Below are positions 36,219 to 44,937 of a DNA stretch of 64,000 bases, in pieces. This DNA is from Desulfobacteraceae bacterium RAAP-1. Its GTDB lineage: Bacteria > Desulfobacterota > Desulfobacteria > Desulfobacterales > Desulfatirhabdiaceae. The first letter of the stretch is position 1, and every line of letters starts with the position of its first letter. Both the position numbers and the translations under genes were made by a program. Below the pieces are notes generated by a model. That model was not told where the DNA came from. It ran no database searches and saw only the letters and a list, made by a program, of their open reading frames with translations. The DNA is taken from positions 47-64,046 of the forward strand of contig LKPX01000006.1 in NCBI GenBank assembly GCA_001443525.1, read 5' to 3'.

Positions 36219-37042
36219 CTCAAGAGACAGAAAGCGAAGACACCGCCGTTTTATCGGCAAAAGGCATCAGCGTTTGTTTTGGTGGGCTGATGGCGCTGGC
36301 GCATCTGTCTTTTTCCGTCAATCCGCGGGAGATTTTGTCTGTCATTGGCCCCAATGGCGCCGGGAAAACCACATTGCTGAATGCCGTTACAGGTGTCTAT
36401 CCGTTGTACGCCGGAGATATTTTTTTCAGGGAAAAGCGGATCAGCGGCATGAAACCCTTTCAGATCGCTGCGATGGGGATCAGCCGGACATTTCAGCACG
36501 CGCAGCTTTTCATGAACATGACGGTGCGGGAAAATGTCATGGTCGGCATGCATTCCAGAACAGCATCCGGTTTCATGGCAGGCATGTTACGGCTGGTATC
36601 CGAGCGTCGAGAAGAAGCATTGATCCGTGAAAAATCCGACGCTCTTCTCGATGATTTCGGACTCCACTCAAAAGCCGGGCTTATGGCCGAAAACATCTGC
36701 ATGCTCGATCAGCGGCGTCTGGAAATGGCGCGGGCCATGGCTGCGGCGCCCGAAATCCTGCTGCTGGACGAGCCTGCAGCAGGCCTGACGATGCAGGAAA
36801 TCACGGAACTGGGAGATGTGATTCTGAAGCTCAGGGAAAGAGGCCAGACCATCATTCTTGTGGAGCATCACATGCGGCTGGTCATGAAAATATCCGATAC
36901 AGTCATTGTCCTCCACCACGGGTCTAAAATCGGAGAAGGAACCCCGGAAGAAATTCAGAAAAACCCGCAGGTGATTGATGCCTATCTGGGCGGAGACAGG
37001 CTTTCAGAAAATTCGTTTCGCAAGGCAGCAGAGAAAAGATAA
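36215..37042 (+). CDS. ABC transporter ATP-binding protein (LivG family)
   Basis: Walker A GPNGAGKTTLLN, the LivG-type insertion after the Q-loop, and LLLDEPAAGL. The start was set to GTG at 36215, overlapping the LivM stop. The ORF-track start at 36095 lies inside LivM. Confidence 0.85.
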   Translation: MTQETESEDTAVLSAKGISVCFGGLMALAHLSFSVNPREILSVIGPNGAGKTTLLNAVTGVYPLYAGDIFFREKRISGMKPFQIAAMGISRTFQHAQLFMNMTVRENVMVGMHSRTASGFMAGMLRLVSERREEALIREKSDALLDDFGLHSKAGLMAENICMLDQRRLEMARAMAAAPEILLLDEPAAGLTMQEITELGDVILKLRERGQTIILVEHHMRLVMKISDTVIVLHHGSKIGEGTPEEIQKNPQVIDAYLGGDRLSENSFRKAAEKR

Positions 37043-37148
37043 TACGGTAGTATATCTCCGGCCGATAACGCAGCGAAATTATTTTTCCAAAAGTCTATGG
37101 CGCCATGATTTTTTACGGACTCACCAATTCATACCGAGGAGAAGCTTT

Positions 37149-38315
37149 ATGAAAAACCATGTGGCAACAGCTGTGTTTTTGGCGTGTTTATGGATATTTT
37201 CCGGTATGGCGCCCGCCGCCGCAGAACCGATCAAGATCGGCGCTTTTTTCGATCTCACCGGTCCGTCGTCCGCCATCGGAACGCCTACCAAACTGGTGGC
37301 GGAAATGGTGGTAAAAAAAATAAACGATGAAGGCGGCATCAATGGAAGGCCGCTGCAACTGGTGGTGGCGGATGACGAAGGAGATCCCACCAAGGCGGCG
37401 CTTATCGCCAAAAAATTTACGGAATCCGATAAAGTAGCCGCCATTATAGGCCCTACCCGAACTGACACCGGCATGGCGGCCAAACCGATTGTCGAACAGA
37501 TGAAAGTACCCGACTTCATGACGGTCGGTGGCGATGTGGTCATTGCCGGCGGCAAATTCGGGCCATTTCACTGGACATTCAAATCGCCCCAGCGCACCAC
37601 CATTGCAGTGAAAAAAATATATGAATATCTGAAACGGAAAGGCCTTCAGAAAATCGCCATTATTACAGCCGCCGATGGATTCGGCAAAGACGGCAAGGCT
37701 GCACTGGAAAATCTGGCGCCCGAATATGGCGTCAGCATCATCTCCGCGGAATCTTTTCAGCCTACGGACAGCGACATGACCACGCAGCTCATCAATATCA
37801 AGTCGGCAGCACCGGATGCTGTTGTCTGCTGGACCATCGGCAAGGCCGGCGCCATTGTGGCCAAGAACGTCCGGCAACTGGACATTCAGGCCTCGCTTTT
37901 CCAGTGTCACGGACTTCCGGATCCGAACTATATCGCATTGGCCGGAAAAGCATCCGAAGGCAACATCATGCCTTCCACCAAGCTGATGGTGGCCTCCCAA
38001 CTGCCGGACAGCGATCCTCAGAAAAAAGTCATCCTCGAATTTATCCATCTGTATCAGGACGTTTTTCATTATGACCGGCAGTTTCCCATCAACACCCATT
38101 CCGGCTATGCCTGGGACGCCATTTACATGGTCGCCAACGCCATGAAAAAAGCTGGAATCCAGAATGAAAAACTGCGGGATGCCATCGAAAATACCAAAGG
38201 TTACGTGGGCGTCAGCGGCATTTACACCCTTACTCCTGAAGATCACAACGGACTGGGAACCGATTCCATGGTACTGGTTCAAATAAGGGACGGACAGTGG
38301 AAGCTGCTGCAATAA
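37149..38315 (+). CDS. Periplasmic substrate-binding protein of the Leu/Ile/Val-binding (LivK-like) family
   Basis: GAGGAG RBS and signal peptide MKNHVATAVFLACLWIFSGMAPAAA, then EPIKIGAFFDLTGPSSAIG. The start was moved to 37149. Confidence 0.85.
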   Translation: MKNHVATAVFLACLWIFSGMAPAAAEPIKIGAFFDLTGPSSAIGTPTKLVAEMVVKKINDEGGINGRPLQLVVADDEGDPTKAALIAKKFTESDKVAAIIGPTRTDTGMAAKPIVEQMKVPDFMTVGGDVVIAGGKFGPFHWTFKSPQRTTIAVKKIYEYLKRKGLQKIAIITAADGFGKDGKAALENLAPEYGVSIISAESFQPTDSDMTTQLINIKSAAPDAVVCWTIGKAGAIVAKNVRQLDIQASLFQCHGLPDPNYIALAGKASEGNIMPSTKLMVASQLPDSDPQKKVILEFIHLYQDVFHYDRQFPINTHSGYAWDAIYMVANAMKKAGIQNEKLRDAIENTKGYVGVSGIYTLTPEDHNGLGTDSMVLVQIRDGQWKLLQ

Positions 38316-39253
38316 TCCGCCCTCAACGGGTATCCGTGCATGGCGGACACAGCGCCGATTATTGCCAGCATGCCGGCGATTCCCTGGACGCTATGATCGA
38401 GACATATCTGAACCAGAAGTTTCTCTGGATAGGCGTTACAGAACACATGCCGCCTGTCTGCGACGCCTTTCTCTATCCCGATGAGCAGGCTGCCGGCCTT
38501 ACTGCGGCCATCATGCAGCAGCGTTTCGCCCGTTATGTAGCGCACTGCAGGGCGCTGCAGGCCCGTTATGCAGAACGTCTGACCATTTTTGTCGGCATGG
38601 AAACCGAGGCCTATACCGGCGCTGTCAGCTACGCCGCTCACTTGCAGCAACAATTTCATCTGGACTATGTGGTGGGCTCGGTGCATCATGTGGCCGATAT
38701 TCCCATTGATTTGGATATCGCTGCGTATCATAAGGCCATGATGGCGTGTGACGGCATCGAAAACCTCTACGCCGCCTATTTTGATCTCCAGTACGACATG
38801 ATTCTGACGCTTCGACCCTCGGTGGTCGGACATTTCGATCTGATCCGGATATTCGATCCCGATTATCCGGATCATCTCAAATGCCAGTCCGTCTGGCGGC
38901 GCATATGCCGGAATCTGGAAGCCGTCGCTTCGCTGAAACTGATTTTGGATCTGAATGTACGGGCGCGGGTCAAAGGCGCGACAGAGACTTACATCTCCGC
39001 ACCCATTCTGGAAAAAGCCCGCGATATGGGTATTTCCGTGGTTCCGGGGGACGACTCTCACAGCGTGGATACCGTGGGCAGATACATCGATGAAGGAATT
39101 TCACGGCTTCAGGCAGCGGGCTTTTCCACCGACTGGCCGCAGCCCAGACTTTACAGCGGCGCATCATCCCCTCGGGGAGAAATTTTGGAGGAACTACATG
39201 CAGGAAATTCGGTTTCACGGAAGAGGCGGCCAAGGGGCTGTCATCGGCTCTGA
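38297..39253 (+). CDS. PHP-family histidinol-phosphatase-like protein (HisJ family)
   Basis: VHGGHSADYCQHA...GVTEHMP...GMETE...GSVHHV...PGDDSH metal-ligand pattern. The GTG start is uncertain, and the 3' end overlaps porG by 56 nt. Confidence 0.65.
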   Translation: MEAAAIIRPQRVSVHGGHSADYCQHAGDSLDAMIETYLNQKFLWIGVTEHMPPVCDAFLYPDEQAAGLTAAIMQQRFARYVAHCRALQARYAERLTIFVGMETEAYTGAVSYAAHLQQQFHLDYVVGSVHHVADIPIDLDIAAYHKAMMACDGIENLYAAYFDLQYDMILTLRPSVVGHFDLIRIFDPDYPDHLKCQSVWRRICRNLEAVASLKLILDLNVRARVKGATETYISAPILEKARDMGISVVPGDDSHSVDTVGRYIDEGISRLQAAGFSTDWPQPRLYSGASSPRGEILEELHAGNSVSRKRRPRGCHRL

Positions 39254-39755
39254 AGTTCTGGCCCACGCCTTTTTCCACGAAGGAAAATTCGTTCAGGCGT
39301 TTCCAGCGTTCGGGGTGGAACGCCGAGGTGCACCAGTAACAGCATTCTGCAGGATGGATGACCGTAATATCTATCTGCGCAGTCAGATTTACCACCCGGA
39401 TCATGTGGTTGTACTGGACGCTTTGATGATCGAAAGCGTCAATGTGGTGGATGGCCTGAAACCGGGAGGCGACATCGTGATCAATGCATCCCGGGATCCG
39501 AAATATTACCGGGATTTTTTCGGAGATGCATTCGGCGTTTTCGTGATCGACGCCGCTGCCATCGCGGTAGCGCATCATTTGGGATCCGCGGCCAACCCCA
39601 TCGTGAATACGGCAATTGTCGGCGCTTTTGCGAAAGCCACAGGGCTGGTCGGTATTGACGCTGTCCTGAAAGCCATCGAAGCGGATGTTCCGGTGAAAAA
39701 AACGCAGAACCAGCAGGCGGCTCAGGCTGCCTATGATCAGGTGATAAAAGTTTGA
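39198..39755 (+). CDS. porG: 2-oxoacid (pyruvate-type):ferredoxin oxidoreductase gamma subunit
   Basis: GGAGG RBS, then MQEIRFHGRGGQGAVIGSEVLAHAFFHEGKFVQAFPAFGVERRGAPV. The start was moved to 39198. Confidence 0.88.
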   Translation: MQEIRFHGRGGQGAVIGSEVLAHAFFHEGKFVQAFPAFGVERRGAPVTAFCRMDDRNIYLRSQIYHPDHVVVLDALMIESVNVVDGLKPGGDIVINASRDPKYYRDFFGDAFGVFVIDAAAIAVAHHLGSAANPIVNTAIVGAFAKATGLVGIDAVLKAIEADVPVKKTQNQQAAQAAYDQVIKV

Positions 39756-39768
39756 AAGGGAAAAATTC

Positions 39769-41574
39769 ATGTCAGTGAAAAAACGCAGTGAGATGGCGGT
39801 CCGATATGAGTTTAAATCATACCGGGATATCACGCCGATGCACGTTTCCACAGGCAATATGCTTTACAACAAGACCGGAAGCTGGCGTTTTATCAAACCT
39901 GTTTATGAAGACAAGACGCCGGCCTGCCAGAATGCCTGTCCCGCAGGAAACGATATCGAAGGCTGGCTCAAACTGCTTGGCAAGCGGGAATTTGAAAAAG
40001 CCTATTGGCACTTGAAACGCGAAGAACCGTTTCCGGCCATCCTCGGCCGGGTCTGCTTCAGATTCTGCGAAGCCGCCTGCAACCGGGCCGGTCTGGACAG
40101 CAGCATCGGCATCCGTGAACTGGAGCGCTTTATGGGCGATCAGGCAGTTTCCGACACGTCTTATCCGGATGTATTGCCGGATAACGGAAAACGCCTGGCG
40201 GTCATCGGCTCCGGCCCCGCCGGGATGTCCGCCGCCTACTTCGCCAGATATCTCGGATTCGCTGTAACCATTTTCGATAAGGAAGACCTGCCGGGAGGTA
40301 TTCTCCGGCTGGGCATTCCGGCATACCGCCTGCCGCGTGAAGTGGTTGCCGCGGAATTTGACGGGCTTGTCCGCATGGGTGTCGAGATGAAACTGCATAC
40401 GGAAATCGGCCGCGATATCTCTCTGGAAGACATCGCCTCGACCTTCGACTATGTGTTTCTGGCTACCGGCGCACACCGGAGTCTTTCCCTGGATATGGCT
40501 GAGAGCAGCGGCTGTTGCCGGATCATGAGCGGATTATCCCTGCTCCAGCGGGTGGCGCGGGGAGAATCTCCCGAACTGGGCCAGCGGGTTGTTGTCATCG
40601 GCGGCGGCAATACGGCTGTTGACGCCGCCCGCACCGCTATCCGCCTGGGGTCGCAGGTAACCGTCCTGTACCGGCGCTCCGAATCTGAAATGCCGGCTCA
40701 TCCCGAAGATGTCCGGGAAGCATGCGAAGAAGGCGTCGTATTCCGTTTTCTGGCGGCGCCTGAGCATATCTGCCTGCTTCCGGATGCAACCATTGAAAAA
40801 CTGGTGTGCTGTGAAATGACGCCAGGACCTCCGGATGCGACAGGACGCTGCACGCCTGTCCGAAAAGAGGGAATGACATTTGACGTTCCCGCCGATACGC
40901 TGGTGACAGCCATCGGAGAAGCTCCGGCACTGGATTATCTGCAACCGTTTATGCCGGATACCGCCGGCAGATTCATTGAAACGCAGACCGATTTATCCGT
41001 TGCCTGCCAGATTCCCGGAAAAGCGAAGGTTTTTGCCGGCGGAGACACAGGCCAGACGCCGCGAACGGTCGTCCATGCCGTGGCATCCGGTAAACGGGCG
41101 GCTATTGCCATGGACTGCGATCGAAAGGGCCTCGACACCGCCGATATTTTTCGCCAAATTCAGGTGGGCGATGGCAATGCGGTCAGTTTTTCGCGTTATA
41201 TGAACTGGGCGCCGGTCAATCCCGTACCGAGAAACGATCAAAGCGTGGTGGACCGTCAGAAGATTGTTTATGATTATTTCATCAGGGCGCCTGGAATTCG
41301 AAAGGAAATTCAATCCGGCGAACTGAGAAAAACCGGCTTTGCGCCCTACCATCCATCCCTGACGCCGGATGAAGCACTGACCGAAGCCGCACGCTGCATG
41401 CACTGCGGACGGTGTACGGAATGCGACAACTGTCTGATTTTCTGCCCGGATGTCTCAATTCTCGATCAGACGCGTGAATCCTTCGGATACGCCATTGATT
41501 ACGACTACTGCAAGGGATGCGGTATCTGCTTTACGGAATGTCCACGCAATGCCATCAGCATGATCGAAGAGTGA
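39769..41574 (+). CDS. Fusion protein: PorD-like delta subunit ends flanking a GltD/NfnB-like FAD/NAD(P)H oxidoreductase module
   Basis: N-terminal TGSWRFIKPVYEDKTPACQNACPAGNDI. GltD-type region FPAILGRVCFRFCEAACNR and dinucleotide folds VIGSGPAGMSAA / VIGGGNTAVDAA. C-terminal 2x[4Fe-4S] motif CMHCGRCTECDNCLIFCP...CKGCGICFTECP. Confidence 0.8.
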   Translation: MSVKKRSEMAVRYEFKSYRDITPMHVSTGNMLYNKTGSWRFIKPVYEDKTPACQNACPAGNDIEGWLKLLGKREFEKAYWHLKREEPFPAILGRVCFRFCEAACNRAGLDSSIGIRELERFMGDQAVSDTSYPDVLPDNGKRLAVIGSGPAGMSAAYFARYLGFAVTIFDKEDLPGGILRLGIPAYRLPREVVAAEFDGLVRMGVEMKLHTEIGRDISLEDIASTFDYVFLATGAHRSLSLDMAESSGCCRIMSGLSLLQRVARGESPELGQRVVVIGGGNTAVDAARTAIRLGSQVTVLYRRSESEMPAHPEDVREACEEGVVFRFLAAPEHICLLPDATIEKLVCCEMTPGPPDATGRCTPVRKEGMTFDVPADTLVTAIGEAPALDYLQPFMPDTAGRFIETQTDLSVACQIPGKAKVFAGGDTGQTPRTVVHAVASGKRAAIAMDCDRKGLDTADIFRQIQVGDGNAVSFSRYMNWAPVNPVPRNDQSVVDRQKIVYDYFIRAPGIRKEIQSGELRKTGFAPYHPSLTPDEALTEAARCMHCGRCTECDNCLIFCPDVSILDQTRESFGYAIDYDYCKGCGICFTECPRNAISMIEE

Positions 41575-41631
41575 CAGCTTCGTCAAATGCCTGCATGCTG
41601 CGTTGCGCTGCAACCATTTGACGAAGCTGTC
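41573..41631. repeat. 59-bp perfect-stem hairpin, short member of the palindromic element family
   Basis: GACAGCTTCGTCAAATG (41573-41589) and CATTTGACGAAGCTGTC (41615-41631) are perfect 17-nt inverted repeats. The loop GCATGCTGCGTTGCGC matches the interior of the 124-bp copies. The element overlaps the upstream TGA stop. Confidence 0.85.
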
Positions 41632-41703
41632 TAAAATCGATTTTGGTGACGGATTTGTGATAAATTCTACACCAACAGGATATTTATTCCTGAGGAGGAA
41701 TCA

Positions 41704-42858
41704 TTGAAAAAGGCAATTAAAGGCAACCATGCGGTTTCTCATGGGGTAAGGCTGAGCCGGGTCGGAGTCATATCAGCCTATCCCATCACGCCGCAAACCA
41801 CCATTGTGGAAGAATTGTCCGAAATGTGCGCCCGCAGAGAGATAGACGCCCGATTTATCAAGGTTGAAAGCGAGCATTCCGCCATGGCGTCTCTGATCGG
41901 CGCCGCCACCGCCGGCGCGCGGACATTTACGGCGTCCAGCGGAAACGGCCTGCTTCTGATGCACGAGGTGCTGCACTGGACCGCCGGCGCCCGCCTTCCC
42001 ATTGTCATGGCGGATGTCAACCGGGCCGTCAGCGGTGTATGGAATATCTGGGCGGAGCAGACCGATTCGCTGGCCCAGCGGGACACAGGCTGGATTCAGA
42101 TATACTGCGAATCCAGCCAGGAACTTTTAGATGGCGTTCTGATGGCCTACCGGCTGGCGGAAAAAGTGATGCTGCCGGTTATGATCGCGTATGACGCATT
42201 TTTTCTGAGCCATACGACGGAAATCGTGGATATTCCCGATGCAGATGTCGTAGATCGCTTTCTTCCCCCATATGAGCCTCCGGTACAACTGAATTTTGAC
42301 GACCCCAGAATGTTCGGCGGTTTTTTTTCGACGGATTATTTCTATGAGCACCGCTACACCGTGCAGCAGGCGTCTCAGGAAGCCCTGAATGTCTATCCGG
42401 AGGTCTGCCGGGAATTCAACGCCCATTTCGGCCGAAGCTACGATCTGGTCGAAACCTGGCTTACGGATGATGCGGATACCATTCTGGTGACAGCCGGCGC
42501 CATCACCTCCGTTTCCCGGATTGTCATCGAGCGGTTACGAAGTCAGGGCGAAAAGGTGGGGCTGATGAAACTGCGCATGTTCAGACCCATCCCCGTTGAA
42601 TGCTGGCGCAAAGTTCTGGGGAACGCCTCCCGGGTTGTGGTCATTGACCGCAACCTGTCGGTGGGCGTCGGCGGCGTGTTCGCTGCGGAAATCCGCTCCG
42701 CGCTCTATGCATCGGATCGCCATCCTCCCGTGTATTCGGCGATTGCAGGACTGGGCGGCAGAGATGTAACGCCGGAAGACGTGGAAGGCATTCTGCATTC
42801 CATGAAGGTCGATGACCCATCACCCGACATTCCCCTGTACTGGGGACTGAAACGATAG
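41704..42858 (+). CDS. porA: 2-oxoacid:ferredoxin oxidoreductase alpha subunit
   Basis: TTG start, then KGNHAVSHGVRLSRVGVISAYPITPQTTIVEELSEM. Confidence 0.88.
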   Translation: MKKAIKGNHAVSHGVRLSRVGVISAYPITPQTTIVEELSEMCARREIDARFIKVESEHSAMASLIGAATAGARTFTASSGNGLLLMHEVLHWTAGARLPIVMADVNRAVSGVWNIWAEQTDSLAQRDTGWIQIYCESSQELLDGVLMAYRLAEKVMLPVMIAYDAFFLSHTTEIVDIPDADVVDRFLPPYEPPVQLNFDDPRMFGGFFSTDYFYEHRYTVQQASQEALNVYPEVCREFNAHFGRSYDLVETWLTDDADTILVTAGAITSVSRIVIERLRSQGEKVGLMKLRMFRPIPVECWRKVLGNASRVVVIDRNLSVGVGGVFAAEIRSALYASDRHPPVYSAIAGLGGRDVTPEDVEGILHSMKVDDPSPDIPLYWGLKR

Positions 42859-42867
42859 AGGCTGAAC

Positions 42868-43812
42868 ATGCAACGAAAAATCGCTATACCTCGTGAACTG
42901 CTGGTAGATGAAGAACTGATGCTGCCGGGAATGACCTCATGCCAGGGGTGCGCTGCGCCCATATCCATGAAAATCGCGCTCAAAGCACTGGGAAACCGGA
43001 CGGTCATTGTATTTCCGGCCTGCTGTTTCTGCGTGTTTCAGGGCGGATATCCCTATACGAATCTGAAGGTTCCGGTCATTCATTGCCCGTTTGAAACCTC
43101 AGCGGTGGTGGCGTCCGGAGCGGCGGCGGCGCTGGATGTCCGCGGAGAAAAGGACACGACCGTCATGGTCTGGGCCGGAGACGGCGGCACCTTCGATATC
43201 GGCATTCAGGCGCTTTCCGGCGCTGCGGAACGCAACGACAATATCCTGTTTGTCTGCTACGACAACGAAGCTTACATGAATACCGGCATTCAGCGTTCCA
43301 GCGCCACCCCCATGGGAGCATGGACCACCACCACCCCGGCCGGAGCACTCAAATCGGAACCTAAAAAAGACATCGAACAGATCATGCTGGCCCATCACAT
43401 CGCCTACATGGCGACCGCATCGCCGGCATATCCGGATGATCTGTACCGGAAATTTCAAAAAGCCCGTCAGATTACCGGTATGAAATTCATTCATTTGCTG
43501 TCCGCCTGTCCTTCCGGCTGGCGTATCGATCCGGCCGATTCGGTGCGGATCATGCGGATGGCAACCCAGTCCCGAGTATTTCCGATCTATGAGGTGACAA
43601 AACAGACAGGTGCTGTCCCCGGCGAAGACACATGGGAATATGACATTACCGTCATTCCGGAAAAAGAGGTTCCTGTCTCGGATTACCTGAAATCCCAGGG
43701 GCGCTTCCGGCTGATGACCGACGACATGGTGGTGAAAATCCAGAAACAGGCGGATCGCAAATGGCGCGATCTTATCGAAAAACGGGACGCCACCCGGCTG
43801 GCTTGCGTCTGA
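42868..43812 (+). CDS. porB: 2-oxoacid:ferredoxin oxidoreductase beta (TPP-binding) subunit
   Basis: CQGCAAP, GDGGTFDIGIQALSGAAERNDNILFVCYDNEAYMNTGIQRS. Confidence 0.9.
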   Translation: MQRKIAIPRELLVDEELMLPGMTSCQGCAAPISMKIALKALGNRTVIVFPACCFCVFQGGYPYTNLKVPVIHCPFETSAVVASGAAAALDVRGEKDTTVMVWAGDGGTFDIGIQALSGAAERNDNILFVCYDNEAYMNTGIQRSSATPMGAWTTTTPAGALKSEPKKDIEQIMLAHHIAYMATASPAYPDDLYRKFQKARQITGMKFIHLLSACPSGWRIDPADSVRIMRMATQSRVFPIYEVTKQTGAVPGEDTWEYDITVIPEKEVPVSDYLKSQGRFRLMTDDMVVKIQKQADRKWRDLIEKRDATRLACV

Positions 43813-43917
43813 TCGTTCCATCGCAACTGTTCACGTTCTTCCTCTCCGAAACACGATCGGAGAAATAAGGTCGAACGCTTATGTTTCATATCGCCGGAAA
43901 GATATTCGGAGGACTTC

Positions 43918-44937
43918 ATGTACAAGGGCAGAACCCTGTGTGTGGTAATTCCGGTTTTCAATGAAGCCTCACAGATCGAAAAGGTCATTGAATCTCTGCC
44001 GGACTATGTGGACAAAATCGTTGTGGTGGATGACGCCAGCACGGACGATACCGGAGACAGGATTTCCCGCTGTCAGGCTGTCTATCCGCACCTGGTGGCG
44101 CTTCGACATGACGTCAATCAGGGATGCGGGGGAGCCCTTGCGACCGGATATCTGTGGGCGGCGGAAAACAGGATGGACATTGTCGTGCGCATGGACGGCG
44201 ACGGCCAGATGAATCCGGATGATCTGCCGGCACTTCTGAATCCGATCGCCGACGGCATCGCGGATTACGCCAAGGGAAATCGTCTGGTAACCGGGGAGGC
44301 ATATCGCCGGATGCCCAAAATCCGGTATTTCGGAAACGCATTTTTGTCACTGCTGACAAAAATAGCGTCCGGATACTGGCATGTGGCGGATTTCCAGTCT
44401 GGATACACCGCAATGAACGCTGCGGTGCTGCACACCATCGACTGGAGGCGCATGTACAAACGCTACGGACAGCCCAACGATCTGATGGTGCGTCTGAATG
44501 TCTATAATTTCCGGGTGGCGGATGTGCCCGTAGAGCCGGTGTATCATGTCGGCGAACGTTCCGGTATCCGGCTTCAATCGGTTATATTCACCATCAGCTG
44601 GCTTCTGGTGCGCATGTTTTTATGGCGCATGAAAGAAAAATATATCATCCGGGATTTTCATCCGCTGATTTTTTTCTACATACTCGGAGGGCTGTTTGCC
44701 GCATCGACGATGATTTTATCAATACGGATCATTTGCTGTAAATGGGTAAGCGGCTTTTTTCCTCCGACCAGCTCTCTGGCGACCATGTTTTCTTTCATGA
44801 GTTCCAGCCTGTTCACCCTCTTTGCCATGTGGTTCGACATGGAAGCCAACAAGGATTTGAAGTGCGGATCATTTCAGATCCGGCAAAAACCGGAGGAACG
44901 TGAAAGCAGGCCTGATGTCATTTCGCCGCAGCCGTAA
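43918..44937 (+). CDS. Family 2 glycosyltransferase with C-terminal TM segments (polyprenyl-phosphate sugar synthase, GtrB/ArnC/DPM1-like)
   Basis: CVVIPVFNEASQIEKVIESLP...VVVDDASTDDT...NQGCGGA, plus hydrophobic C-terminal helices. Confidence 0.8.
   Translation: MYKGRTLCVVIPVFNEASQIEKVIESLPDYVDKIVVVDDASTDDTGDRISRCQAVYPHLVALRHDVNQGCGGALATGYLWAAENRMDIVVRMDGDGQMNPDDLPALLNPIADGIADYAKGNRLVTGEAYRRMPKIRYFGNAFLSLLTKIASGYWHVADFQSGYTAMNAAVLHTIDWRRMYKRYGQPNDLMVRLNVYNFRVADVPVEPVYHVGERSGIRLQSVIFTISWLLVRMFLWRMKEKYIIRDFHPLIFFYILGGLFAASTMILSIRIICCKWVSGFFPPTSSLATMFSFMSSSLFTLFAMWFDMEANKDLKCGSFQIRQKPEERESRPDVISPQP

Noticed and set aside
37188-38312. 374-aa minus-strand ORF antisense to the substrate-binding protein gene. 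Similar long antisense ORFs lie at 38279-39061, 38970-39857, 39817-40476, 43099-43821, 24912-25739, 32425-33108, 20793-21449 and 46171-46950.
   Set aside because: All lie opposite ORFs with clear family motifs. They have G/R/H/D-rich, non-protein-like compositions and no motifs. They are shadow ORFs, as expected in GC-balanced coding DNA.
43840-43870. Hairpin TCTCCGA-N7-TCGGAGA after porB as a terminator
   Set aside because: It has a short 7-bp stem with no following U-tract, so the evidence is too weak to call.
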